From IMG/VR virus record IMGVR_UViG_3300037041_001930: a stretch of 64,000 nucleotides of DNA. One strand, 5' to 3'. Each line of letters starts with the position of its first letter. Position 1 is the first letter of the stretch. Positions 54,743 to 63,571 of the stretch are shown in pieces. The notes under the pieces were generated by a model. That model had not been told where the DNA came from. It ran no database searches and worked only from the letters and a program-made list of their open reading frames with translations. The translations under genes were made by a program, and so were the position numbers. This DNA is from a virus. Lineage: Duplodnaviria > Caudoviricetes.

Positions 54743-56106
54743 GAGTTCCTCGTCAAACGGAGACCACGGAAGGCGTCAGCGAAATCGATGACGCATGTAT
54801 AACTCAGGGTGACTTCAAGAATGCCGGATTTCGCTGCCTTTGTCTTCTCAGCCTTGGCTACCTTGAGTTCCTTTTCCTCAGCGCAGGCACGAACAAGGGC
54901 CTCCTCGAGCTCAAGAGACTTGTCACTCCTGGCCTGGGCGACCTCAGTGGCGAACTCGGGAAGCACGGGTTCCTGAGGTGTCTTCAAGAAGTCCTCAAGG
55001 GCCTGCTTGGCTGTTGCCGCCTTGATCACGGCGGCGCTATGGGCTTTCGTGGCCTCGTCGGCCGCAATCTTCCCGATGTCCTTGATGCGGATGCCATAGG
55101 CCCAGTGGTCTTCCTTGAACACACCGCCAGGACGCTTGAACACCGCGATGCCATGTGGCAGCGGTGTCGGGTCTTCCACGGCGACCTGGGCTGCCTTGAG
55201 ATCTCCGATGACTTCACCATTGGCGAGACCAATGGCAGCGTACATCTTGGAGTCCATGAGCACGGCATCGTTATCCAGGGTCAGCCTGACGAGAACATCG
55301 TGCTCGGGCCTCGTGGTGTCCACAAAGATGGTGTGGCCATCCAACGCGATATCCAGGTAATCCGCGATGCCCCTGCAGAGATGGTTGGCGAACCATTGCC
55401 GGAATGTCACACCTTGATTCGCGATATCACCGAGATCGACGACAGCCTTGACCACGAATATCTTGGCAGTCCCGTTCTCAGCGATGCCCTCGTGGCCATC
55501 GATGAAGTCGTGACGGAGCCCGGAGAGCTCAGGGATCACGGTGCCCTGGATCTCGGGTTTCCAGAGGCGTTGAAGACAAGAGTTCTCGAGCATCCACCAC
55601 GCCGCGAACTCCCTGCAGGTCTGGAACCCCATGAGGGCGTCCTCGAGGACCGCGGCGTAGAACGCAGCATTGAGCTCCCGGGCACGCTCGGGCCCCGGAC
55701 TCGCGAGTTCCACTGGTGGTACGTACCTCGGGGGTGCCGAGAGCGAATCGATATGAGCACCAATGGTCTTCCAATCCGGGGCTGCCACGATGCCGTCGAG
55801 CTCGGGATCCTTGATGTAATTCACTGAGTTGTTTAATACGAGGTTGCCATTGGGGAGCCGAGTCATCAGGATCTTGCCGGCATTGGCACGCGCCGCCGCA
55901 ATGGCCTGCCTGAGCTCCATGGTCATCGGGAGACCATCGGGCAACGAAGCCGGGTCAACGATCTGGGCCTTGTCGACGACATGAAGCCCTTTGGCCGCGA
56001 TGTGATTCTGTCGCCATTGCCCCAGGATCTCATCCCGTTTGTGGGCAAACGAGGATCCCAAGTTGATCTCAAAACCGCCTGAGACCATGTCGCCTTCGCG
56101 CAGCAT
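54739..56106 (-). CDS. Hypothetical protein, possible diverged HK97-fold capsid paralogue with C-terminal coiled coil, 455 aa
   Basis: VDLGDIANQGVTFRQWFANHLCRGIADYLDIAL aligns with 53897..54742; CCAGGAG RBS. Confidence 0.45.
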   Translation of the reverse strand: MLREGDMVSGGFEINLGSSFAHKRDEILGQWRQNHIAAKGLHVVDKAQIVDPASLPDGLPMTMELRQAIAAARANAGKILMTRLPNGNLVLNNSVNYIKDPELDGIVAAPDWKTIGAHIDSLSAPPRYVPPVELASPGPERARELNAAFYAAVLEDALMGFQTCREFAAWWMLENSCLQRLWKPEIQGTVIPELSGLRHDFIDGHEGIAENGTAKIFVVKAVVDLGDIANQGVTFRQWFANHLCRGIADYLDIALDGHTIFVDTTRPEHDVLVRLTLDNDAVLMDSKMYAAIGLANGEVIGDLKAAQVAVEDPTPLPHGIAVFKRPGGVFKEDHWAYGIRIKDIGKIAADEATKAHSAAVIKAATAKQALEDFLKTPQEPVLPEFATEVAQARSDKSLELEEALVRACAEEKELKVAKAEKTKAAKSGILEVTLSYTCVIDFADAFRGLRLTRNS

Positions 56107-56145
56107 AAACTCTCCTGGTTGGGGTGTGCCCTTACTGTGACCAGG

Positions 56146-56162
56146 GTTTACTGTGCGTCAAG
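56146..56162. promoter_or_regulatory. Dyad operator-like site 4
   Basis: GTTTACTGTGCGTCAAG, intergenic, upstream of 56106. Confidence 0.7.
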
Positions 56163-56173
56163 TCTGCTGGGGG

Positions 56174-57115
56174 TCAGCCTTCTTCATCGGAGTCTTCGGA
56201 TTCGCCCTTACCCATCGTCTTGTATAACAAGGCGGCGAGGAGAGCTGCGGCGCCGCCACCAATGGCGATCTTGCCCCAGGGCAGCCCGGGTTCATCTGGC
56301 TTCGGTTTCCCGATGACATTGGAGACCCCGGTGATCGCGGCATCGCGGACACCACGATACGGGGCGCCACCCCATGAGGGTGCATTGGGATCCCCTGGCT
56401 TCGATGACAACTTGTCGCCAGTGGTCTGCAGAGCATTGAGAGCTGGAGTCGACGCGAGACCTGCGGCACCTGCGATGACTGCATTGCGATCCGCGGAGCG
56501 TTCTTTGCCAGGGGCCTGGTTGGCCTTGATGGCATCCACGGTCTGCTGACCAGTGTCCACTAGGGACTGGGCCTGTTCGATGGGGGCTGTCTTCGCTTTA
56601 AGCGCGGCCTCATTGGCGGCGTGATCCGCGACTGCCTTGGCATCGATCATGGGATCCTTGCCCTGGGCCTTCCCGGCGTCCCATACCAAGTCGTGCTGCT
56701 GTTTGTTTCTTTGTGCCACCGGGGTCGCCAGGGCTGCGGCGTATTCAGGACTGTACTTGATGCCGTTGGCATCAAGGGCAGCCAGAGATTTGTCGTGGAC
56801 ATCTTGCTCGGGGAGAACATCCTTGGGGGACTTGATGCCTGCCCTGCCGAGTTCGACTTTAAGATTGTCTTTGGCACCCCGGAGGAACCTCTGGGGCTGC
56901 TTGAGTGCGCGACCTCGGTTGAACGCACTTGCGGCCCCCATGACACCCTGAGTACCCAGGGCAGTGATCGCCGCTGAGTTGGCTTCGTCATTGGTGGCCC
57001 CGGCGACCTGATTGGCGCCATAGGCGAGCCCCGTAGGAGCCAAGGTGCGGAGAGCCTTGCCGCCAAGGCTAGGAAACTGGGCTTGGGTCCACCACTTCGG
57101 TACTGGGTTTGGCAT
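56174..57115 (-). CDS. Membrane-anchored hypothetical protein (~313 aa)
   Basis: Start moved to ATG 57115 (AGGAGG RBS); C-terminal GKIAIGGGAAALLAALLY followed by an acidic tail. Confidence 0.75.
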   Translation of the reverse strand: MPNPVPKWWTQAQFPSLGGKALRTLAPTGLAYGANQVAGATNDEANSAAITALGTQGVMGAASAFNRGRALKQPQRFLRGAKDNLKVELGRAGIKSPKDVLPEQDVHDKSLAALDANGIKYSPEYAAALATPVAQRNKQQHDLVWDAGKAQGKDPMIDAKAVADHAANEAALKAKTAPIEQAQSLVDTGQQTVDAIKANQAPGKERSADRNAVIAGAAGLASTPALNALQTTGDKLSSKPGDPNAPSWGGAPYRGVRDAAITGVSNVIGKPKPDEPGLPWGKIAIGGGAAALLAALLYKTMGKGESEDSDEEG

Positions 57116-57749
57116 GACGTGTCCTCCTGCTCCTGAGTCGGCGACCATCGGGTCGGTAAAATCTCAGGATATGATAGACGCGCCCCGAGGATAGCCCTGA
57201 GGCCTGGGCGACCTTCCTGAGACTCTTGAGATCCGCGTAGAGGGTGTGCACTGCTTTGATGTCCTCGGCTTCACCAGGAAGCAGCGCCGGCCTCTTGAGG
57301 CCAAACTTCTGGGCGACATAGAAGATGGTCGCGGGTGCCTTCCCCAGCTTCTCGGCGATGTCAGACAAACGGTCTCCAGCGTCGAGACGTTCTTGCATCC
57401 ACTTCAGGATCCCGGGATCCATGTTCCGTTTCGTGAACGCATACTTGGCGTGGAACCCAGGACCATGCTTGTAATACGCGGCGCGAACACTGGAGAGCTT
57501 GTGAGCCGTGCGCACCGAGATGACCTCGAGGTCCTGAGTCTTCGCGAACTCGGCTGCCCATTCATCTGGGGACATCGGCTTGGGGCGCGGACGCTTGGGT
57601 TTCGAGGGCTTCGATCTCCGGAGATCGCTGGGCAACGGCGCCGGCTTCGAGAGGTCAATGAACCCCTTGGGGATCTCTGAGAAGGCAACCACAGGGGCGT
57701 ATCGGATCCTGTCGCCCTGCGGACTCGGTCTTCCGATATCAATGGTCAT
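57069..57749 (-). CDS. Multi-HTH DNA-binding protein, 226 aa
   Basis: RLSDIAEKLGKAPATIFYVAQKFGL and SLRKVAQASGLSSGRVYHIL. Confidence 0.7.
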   Translation of the reverse strand: MTIDIGRPSPQGDRIRYAPVVAFSEIPKGFIDLSKPAPLPSDLRRSKPSKPKRPRPKPMSPDEWAAEFAKTQDLEVISVRTAHKLSSVRAAYYKHGPGFHAKYAFTKRNMDPGILKWMQERLDAGDRLSDIAEKLGKAPATIFYVAQKFGLKRPALLPGEAEDIKAVHTLYADLKSLRKVAQASGLSSGRVYHILRFYRPDGRRLRSRRTRHAKPSTEVVDPSPVS

Positions 57750-57750
57750 C

Positions 57751-58059
57751 TCACCACTTCCCCAGTGGGCACTTGGATTCCGGGATCATGGTGAACTTGC
57801 TGACAAAGCAGTTGCACTTGGCACAGCGGCGGGCCCTGACTGGCGCTGCCACCGGTGATGACTCCACGCACTCCGAGCATTTGGCTAGGCGGATCAAGAT
57901 GGTGCCTTGATCCGCGTGTCCTGGCCGCGGGGGTAGCGACTGCTGCTGCTGCTGGGGTAGTGGAGGTGCCACCACAGAACTCACGGCGAGGACCGCCTTG
58001 GTGATCGGACCCGCGTTAGACGGATTCTGGCCCCACGGGGGCTGTGTTGTCGCCGGCAT
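57751..58059 (-). CDS. Cys-rich small protein (DUF6171-like, ...CPLGKW)
   Basis: RLAKCSEC...CAKCNCFV...KCPLGKW. Confidence 0.7.
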   Translation of the reverse strand: MPATTQPPWGQNPSNAGPITKAVLAVSSVVAPPLPQQQQQSLPPRPGHADQGTILIRLAKCSECVESSPVAAPVRARRCAKCNCFVSKFTMIPESKCPLGKW

Positions 58060-58082
58060 TAGTGTTACCTCGTAATGGGGGT

Positions 58083-58478
58083 TTAATCTTTTGGATGCGC
58101 GCCTGTGAGCTCAGGAGGCCTTGGATTCTTGATGTCGTTATCTGCGATGACATCTGGGTTCTGGGGTTTCTGCAGGACTCGCGAGCAGAGTCCCGGCGGT
58201 GTCGGCAGTATGCTCTTCTGCGTTTCCCGGAGAACCCGAGATTCTTCCTCAGATAGTGTGCGCGGTTTTGTCTTCTCCGCGCTCTCGAGATACCGCGTGT
58301 AGTCCTCAGTGGTCTCGATAGCCCTGAGCATGGGGTACACGACGCCGATCTCACGCCCGGACTTGATGCCATCTCCAATGGCCTGCCTGGCCAGGATCAG
58401 AAGCATCTGGAGCTCCTTGAACGTCGGGGCACGAGGAGGGGTCATCTTTGGCATCTCAGGGGGAGGTGTGGGTGTCAT
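58083..58478 (-). CDS. Hypothetical protein, 131 aa
   Basis: Preceded by a dyad site; fills the minus-strand gap. Confidence 0.65.
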   Translation of the reverse strand: MTPTPPPEMPKMTPPRAPTFKELQMLLILARQAIGDGIKSGREIGVVYPMLRAIETTEDYTRYLESAEKTKPRTLSEEESRVLRETQKSILPTPPGLCSRVLQKPQNPDVIADNDIKNPRPPELTGAHPKD

Positions 58479-58496
58479 GGCTGCAAGGATGCCGGG

Positions 58497-58513
58497 GTTT
58501 ACTGGGGGTCAAG
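58497..58513. promoter_or_regulatory. Dyad operator-like site 5
   Basis: GTTTACTGGGGGTCAAG, intergenic, upstream of 58478. Confidence 0.7.
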
Positions 58514-58541
58514 ATGCGGGTGGTGCGTGAAACGTGTACAT

Positions 58542-58841
58542 CTACCACTTACCAAGTGGACACTTAAAAACTCTAACTCCGACGAACTTAGCAATAAAGT
58601 CACCAGCGGACTCAGCGCACTGCCTCTCCCGTGCAGGGGAATTGCTTGGGGACGACTGCATGCAGTCATGACAGATTTCCAGCCTACTCTGCACAGTTAT
58701 GCGGTCAGCCACATTGCTGACATGGAGGGGGCCATCGACACCGACAGAGGGGTCGTCTGGGGAGTTGGGGGGTGGTGCCCCCAAGACCACCAGTGCATGC
58801 CAAATCGTACCGAAGTTACTCTGTGGCTGATGTGGTGTCAT
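58542..58841 (-). CDS. Second ...CPLGKW Cys-rich protein (99 aa), paralogue of 57751..58059
   Basis: Start moved to ATG 58841 (ATGA overlap); RLEICHDC...CAESAGDF...KCPLGKW. Confidence 0.65.
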   Translation of the reverse strand: MTPHQPQSNFGTIWHALVVLGAPPPNSPDDPSVGVDGPLHVSNVADRITVQSRLEICHDCMQSSPSNSPARERQCAESAGDFIAKFVGVRVFKCPLGKW

Positions 58842-59737
58842 GGTGGAATACATGTCGACGTAAAGTTCCATGCGGTCCCCGAACCACCCTCGCAGTTCGG
58901 TATTACGATTATGCGAATTACACGTGATCCCGTGGGCACCAACGCATTAAAGGTGACACCAGTGATACCCACGCACCCGGTATCAAATAGGACCGTGCCT
59001 GTGGCAGCGGCTACAGTGGGTGAGCGTGGATTCGTTGGGTTCGAGGTCACGATAATACGATCCTTTTGCGTATATGTCGTGATCACGAATCTGATGGTTG
59101 TGCCTGCTGCGGGGGCACCCCAGTCTCTGCAGTAGCCTTCATCACCACCAGCGGCACTCAAGACGAGATCGCACAGCGGAGACACGCAGACACCACATGC
59201 AATCGTGTTGATATCAAATGGAATAGTTGTCTCGGGCCCACCCCCAAACGCGGAATCGCCCATAATTCTATTCATAATGGGGTGCCCGTCTCCCTGGGCC
59301 TCGCAGACCTGAAACAACGTCATAGACCCTATGTTACCAACATTACTCCAATTGATGCTATCTAGGATAATATGGTAAGCAGAGAACTCAGCGATTACAG
59401 GAATGTTCGGCGAGAAATGAAGCTGAGTATTAACTCCTCCAGCGATGAAGTCTGTCATCGCTGGAGTCGGTGGCAGCGCCGCTGGGAACTCACATTGCGC
59501 CTTCGTGAATGAGGAGAACCTCTCGGGGATAATGAGCTGCCCTGCGTAACCACCACCACTACCTAGCGTCAGCCATACCGGGTTCCCCAGGTTATTCTTG
59601 ATCAGTCTGCCGTTTACCTTGATTACGAAGGAGTGCGTTAGAAGACCAAGATCATCTGCGATCCAGATGCCGAGATCCCCTGTAGGGCAGGGTACCAGGG
59701 GGTTACAACACGAACACGTCGTAGGCCACTTGATCAT
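58838..59737 (-). CDS. Cys-rich putative virion/tail-tip protein, 299 aa
   Basis: N-terminal CSCC; C-terminal TYTQKDRIIV..FDTGCVG..VIPNCEGGSGTAWNFTSTC; ATGA overlaps. Confidence 0.65.
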   Translation of the reverse strand: MIKWPTTCSCCNPLVPCPTGDLGIWIADDLGLLTHSFVIKVNGRLIKNNLGNPVWLTLGSGGGYAGQLIIPERFSSFTKAQCEFPAALPPTPAMTDFIAGGVNTQLHFSPNIPVIAEFSAYHIILDSINWSNVGNIGSMTLFQVCEAQGDGHPIMNRIMGDSAFGGGPETTIPFDINTIACGVCVSPLCDLVLSAAGGDEGYCRDWGAPAAGTTIRFVITTYTQKDRIIVTSNPTNPRSPTVAAATGTVLFDTGCVGITGVTFNALVPTGSRVIRIIVIPNCEGGSGTAWNFTSTCIPP

Positions 59738-61788
59738 GAGTACATCTCAGAGCACAGCACGATGATCTTCTTCACGGAGTCATCACTGGAATCACAGATC
59801 TCGATCTCCCGGAACTTCAAGGGCAACGCGGCCTCCGCATTGGGGTTGCCATTCAGAATCGGGATGAGGTCCTGGTCATGATTGAGGATCAGGGCGTCAT
59901 CGAAGGTGCCCCCACTATCCGTGGTGTATCTCCAGGCCCAATCATGGGCCTGGTACTCCGTGGCGATGTCCCAGACGACCTTGCGGTAACGCTTGTCGTA
60001 GTCACCCACCCCCGCAGGTGAATGCGTACCAAACTCAGGGCACGTGTACCACTTCATCACCGTATAGTAGCCGTCTTGGACGTTGACGAGACCACCAATC
60101 ACGGTGTTTCCGGGGCCGAAGTCGTTCCCCTTGCTAACCGGTGTCCAGGACAGGCAGTAATCTTGGAGTTCAGCGAAATCGTAGGCATCACCAATACGGG
60201 CGTCATCCTCGTAATCCATGTAGAACACGAGTTGCCCCGGACGGGTGGGTGCCGTGAAATCCAATTCAGGTATCGTGGTCTGATCTGGGTTCCCCGCGAT
60301 GACGAGGTCGAGGCGCTTCATCACGAAGGCCCTGCGTTCATAGAGCTCAGAGGTGAACCAGGACATGACATCCCAGGATTCCGGGGCCTGGCCCAATGGG
60401 GCCTCTGGTGATGTCCCCTTCTCACCATCGGGGAGATCATCGGGATCCGGCATCACCGAGGGGCGATCACGGAACCTGAGCAGAGCAGTCGCCGTGGTGG
60501 GGTCATTGTAGTAGAACCAATCGAATGCGATCTCAGCGATGTTGAAGACCTCGGGGGACACCCCGGAATCGACACCGTACCGCCACGCCATGGCATGGTC
60601 GATTACGGGCTCCACGATCATGCACCACCCCTTGGTGTAGTGGCGGAAGATGGGCCGAGTCATCACGGCGTTGCCAGGGGGCTCCGAGGTCCACATCCCC
60701 GGGCTGTGGTCATCCGTGGGAGAGTTCTCGTAATTCGCCGCGGGGTCCAAGTAATACGTGGTGTGGCCTCTCAGGGGATGTGAGGCCGGGTTAATCCAGA
60801 AGCGACCCGAGACCACGACGGCGACGTTGCCATCGGCGTCCTGATCCGACCACAGGGCGACCCCGACTTCCTGCTGGGGATCCCTGACATTGACATTGGC
60901 GAACGTGGAGGCATCGCAGCTCGCGAGTTCCCATATCGCGGGGACGACATCGGTGCGGCGTGTCATAATCGCGGGCTGCACGATGTGTGCTGGGTTCTCG
61001 ACATTGTTGGGGGTATCTGGCTTCAACTTCAGGATCTTGGCATCCGGGGATCCCGAGGGCTTAATAGCCCAGACCGCGATGTGATCCGTGGACCCCGTGT
61101 CGACGTGGTGGATCATGGCGACCACGGGGCTCCAGACCTGAAGCGGTGGGGCATGGTAGTCATTCCAGCCATCCACGATTACGGGGTCACCCTCGGGGAA
61201 ATCTGTGCTGTCTGGCGTGAAGACATCGGGGTAGTACCCAAGGGGGATCCTGATGCCATCGGTCTCCTCCCCCTTGTCGCCATACATGGAGCCATCGGGG
61301 GCTATGAAAGCAAGACGGGCATAACGCCCCGGGAAGACGACCCCAGGACCGGCCTTGTTGGCTACTGCGAAACTCTGATCGGGGACCACGGCACCGGGGC
61401 CACCACCACTGAGTCCGAGGACGACGGCGTTGAACACCGCTGAGGTCGGGATCTCGACACAGGTGACCCCAGTGAACTCCCGGTACAACCGGATAACCAG
61501 GGCACCGGGTTCCCGGGCATGGGTGACATCTATCTCATAGGTCCGGCGGCCCTCGCCATCAATGGACACCGTGGCATCCAGGGTTCCAAAGAAGTAGATC
61601 GCGGCGGCGTACCAGGGCATCGGGGAGCCCGTTGATGATGTCACATGCGCGGGGATCCGGGTCGCCGTGAACTCACCGCTGAGGACCTCGACTTCGACTT
61701 CGCACGGGGGGTCGATGCCACCGGCGCCCCCAGGGGCCACGGAATCACGAATCTTACCGGTGAGCCGGCCCAGGTAGACATCAGCCAT
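59734..61788 (-). CDS. Putative tail/structural protein, 684 aa
   Basis: Acidic and beta-rich; segment GVAL..VVVSGRF..TTYYLDP..GMWT similar to 34536..35273; C-terminal FREIEIC..KKIIVLCS. Confidence 0.6.
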   Translation of the reverse strand: MADVYLGRLTGKIRDSVAPGGAGGIDPPCEVEVEVLSGEFTATRIPAHVTSSTGSPMPWYAAAIYFFGTLDATVSIDGEGRRTYEIDVTHAREPGALVIRLYREFTGVTCVEIPTSAVFNAVVLGLSGGGPGAVVPDQSFAVANKAGPGVVFPGRYARLAFIAPDGSMYGDKGEETDGIRIPLGYYPDVFTPDSTDFPEGDPVIVDGWNDYHAPPLQVWSPVVAMIHHVDTGSTDHIAVWAIKPSGSPDAKILKLKPDTPNNVENPAHIVQPAIMTRRTDVVPAIWELASCDASTFANVNVRDPQQEVGVALWSDQDADGNVAVVVSGRFWINPASHPLRGHTTYYLDPAANYENSPTDDHSPGMWTSEPPGNAVMTRPIFRHYTKGWCMIVEPVIDHAMAWRYGVDSGVSPEVFNIAEIAFDWFYYNDPTTATALLRFRDRPSVMPDPDDLPDGEKGTSPEAPLGQAPESWDVMSWFTSELYERRAFVMKRLDLVIAGNPDQTTIPELDFTAPTRPGQLVFYMDYEDDARIGDAYDFAELQDYCLSWTPVSKGNDFGPGNTVIGGLVNVQDGYYTVMKWYTCPEFGTHSPAGVGDYDKRYRKVVWDIATEYQAHDWAWRYTTDSGGTFDDALILNHDQDLIPILNGNPNAEAALPLKFREIEICDSSDDSVKKIIVLCSEMYS

Positions 61789-61806
61789 GGTGACCTCGTG
61801 AGGGCA

Positions 61807-62703
61807 TCATGGCTGAGTTGGCACCGGGGACAACTCGGCAAGGGCAGCGGTGATCTCCGATTTGTTGATCTCGATGATGTACGTGGCCTGGTCCTGGATC
61901 CCCGCGATGACCTCATAGTTCCCTGTCCGCGCACTCTCCCGGATCCCCATGGGGAACACAACAGACTTGATCTTCCGGGTCTCCCATGACGGCGGCGTCA
62001 GCCCACATGTCGCGATGAGTTCATCGGTGTCCAAGAACATGGGTTCGTAGGCGATGCCAGAGTTGTCCACGAAGCCCAGCCAGCCCTCGTAGACGTAGCC
62101 CTGCATGGTCAGCGTCGTGGTATGGAATGCTGCCAGCGACCACTCCGGAGTGATCCTAAGTGGTACGGAGCCCCCGCGGATATCAATCTCCAGGGGGCGC
62201 AGATTCTTGATGACTTCAAGCTCCCACCAGCACATGGTCTCCCGGCGTCCGGGGTGATAGATGATGACGTCGTCATGGGGGATCACGTTCTTGTGGCTGA
62301 CCCCTGGTGGTCTCGGGATCTCACGGATATCATAGACCTTCAGTTTGACGAGATCGAGGGGGGCATAGCGCTGCCCCCAGACCACACCACCTCGAGGGCC
62401 TCTCCCCGTCGCATACGCCCAGATCACGGCGGGCCCGAGATGGGGATGCCAGAACGGACGGACATCATGGGGTGCCATGCCCCCGGCTTCACCGAGTTCT
62501 ATCAAGTGGGTGTGAAAGCGAGTTGACTTCGTGGGCCTGGCGTCCAGGGGGCCCGAGATCAGCATGAAGGCCCGGGGACCGGCTTCATCCCGGATCCGCG
62601 CCGTCATGACTTCACCGGTGCGGAAATTACCATACCCCATGTTGTACGCCGAGATCTTCTCGATGCCGAACTCGCGCCAAGACTTTGGTTTGATGATCCT
62701 CAT
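61807..62703 (-). CDS. GH130/DUF377-like five-bladed beta-propeller glycosidase or phosphorylase
   Basis: AYNMG, HDVRPF (EDxR position), HKNVIP, IRGGS, FHT, VVFPMG, GIQD, in the expected order. Confidence 0.6.
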   Translation of the reverse strand: MRIIKPKSWREFGIEKISAYNMGYGNFRTGEVMTARIRDEAGPRAFMLISGPLDARPTKSTRFHTHLIELGEAGGMAPHDVRPFWHPHLGPAVIWAYATGRGPRGGVVWGQRYAPLDLVKLKVYDIREIPRPPGVSHKNVIPHDDVIIYHPGRRETMCWWELEVIKNLRPLEIDIRGGSVPLRITPEWSLAAFHTTTLTMQGYVYEGWLGFVDNSGIAYEPMFLDTDELIATCGLTPPSWETRKIKSVVFPMGIRESARTGNYEVIAGIQDQATYIIEINKSEITAALAELSPVPTQP

Positions 62704-62709
62704 GCGTGG

Positions 62710-62898
62710 CTACAGCGGGGTGCCGTCATCATTGAGGATCTCGATAGCGGTGACCACACAGGTCATGCCGTCATGCCAGCGCTCGGTGAGCAGGCAGTCC
62801 GCGGACACCCCCTCCTCGAAGATCGTGCGCTTAATGGGGAGACACTTGCACGTACTGAAGTCCTGCTGATTGGACAACACAGTGATCTTGGTCTTCAT
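62710..62898 (-). CDS. Small hypothetical protein, 62 aa
   Basis: AAGGA RBS, operon-packed. Confidence 0.65.
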   Translation of the reverse strand: MKTKITVLSNQQDFSTCKCLPIKRTIFEEGVSADCLLTERWHDGMTCVVTAIEILNDDGTPL

Positions 62899-62956
62899 GG
62901 TTGATCCTTTGGTGGCGTATAAGTCATCCAGGCCCGGTACTTGTCGCAGCAGGACT

Positions 62957-63268
62957 TCAGGGAGTCTCGCAGCGCACGGGCTGTGTTGACGACGTAGGCA
63001 TAGACTGCGTAGGCGTAGAACATGGTTTATCTCGCTTGTTCAGAGTGATGAGGGTAATTATGAGGGCAGCCATCGCGAGTGAGAGGCCGGCGAGGGCGAT
63101 GCCCTTGGATACCTCGGAGTTCACATTGAACCAGTGGCCTCGGATCCCCGAGATCTCAAACCAGTGGTCTCGACGCCCACAGCGCTGGCAATCCCTGTGC
63201 TTGATGCTGATTGTCGTGGGTTGGAACACGATCCAGTCGTGACCTCTAAAGAAACATTTTAGGTTCAT
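62957..63268 (-). CDS. Small CxxxGHxW...CxRC (DUF1660-like) protein with transmembrane helix
   Basis: LKCFFRGHDW..DCQRCGRR; IALAGLSLAMAALIITLITL. Confidence 0.7.
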   Translation of the reverse strand: MNLKCFFRGHDWIVFQPTTISIKHRDCQRCGRRDHWFEISGIRGHWFNVNSEVSKGIALAGLSLAMAALIITLITLNKRDKPCSTPTQSMPTSSTQPVRCETP

Positions 63269-63271
63269 GGG

Positions 63272-63571
63272 CTACCCCACTATGGATTCAATGACGTCTC
63301 TGCCGGCACGAGGCCCCCAGATGACGAGGTGGAAGAAACCGAAGCCCAGGGCCCCAGCACACGCCAGGGCGGCGCCGAGGTGCCACAGCGGCGACATCAG
63401 GATCTCGGACGTGGTTGTCGTACCCAGGTAGTCCGCGTGGGAGGGCGGCCCCGTGAGAACCATGATGACGTGGCCGAAGAACACCGCAGGGACCGCGAGG
63501 GCGAGCACGGGGCACAGCAGGGTGCCCAGGATGCCCCGGGTGATCGCTAAGACGAGCTGATGTGTGGTCAT
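63272..63571 (-). CDS. Small two-helix membrane protein (99 aa)
   Basis: Start moved to ATG 63571 (ATGA overlap); two hydrophobic segments. Confidence 0.65.
   Translation of the reverse strand: MTTHQLVLAITRGILGTLLCPVLALAVPAVFFGHVIMVLTGPPSHADYLGTTTTSEILMSPLWHLGAALACAGALGFGFFHLVIWGPRAGRDVIESIVG

Noticed and set aside
57069-57148. Frameshift or pseudogene at the overlap of 57069..57749 with 56174..
   Set aside because: Moving the downstream start to 57115 leaves a 47-nt overlap with a strong RBS; both HTHs are intact, so there is no evidence of disruption.
579-59135. Long plus-strand ORFs (e.g. 579..1586, 22479..23807, 28151..29275, 37791..38522, 55039..55827, 58527..59135)
   Set aside because: Each lies antisense to a motif-bearing minus-strand gene, as expected for GC-rich DNA; no RBS or domain support.
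62910-62985. tRNA-like 3' end (CGCCACCA on the minus strand) in an intergenic gap
   Set aside because: No T-loop (TTCRA) and no acceptor-stem partner at the right distance.
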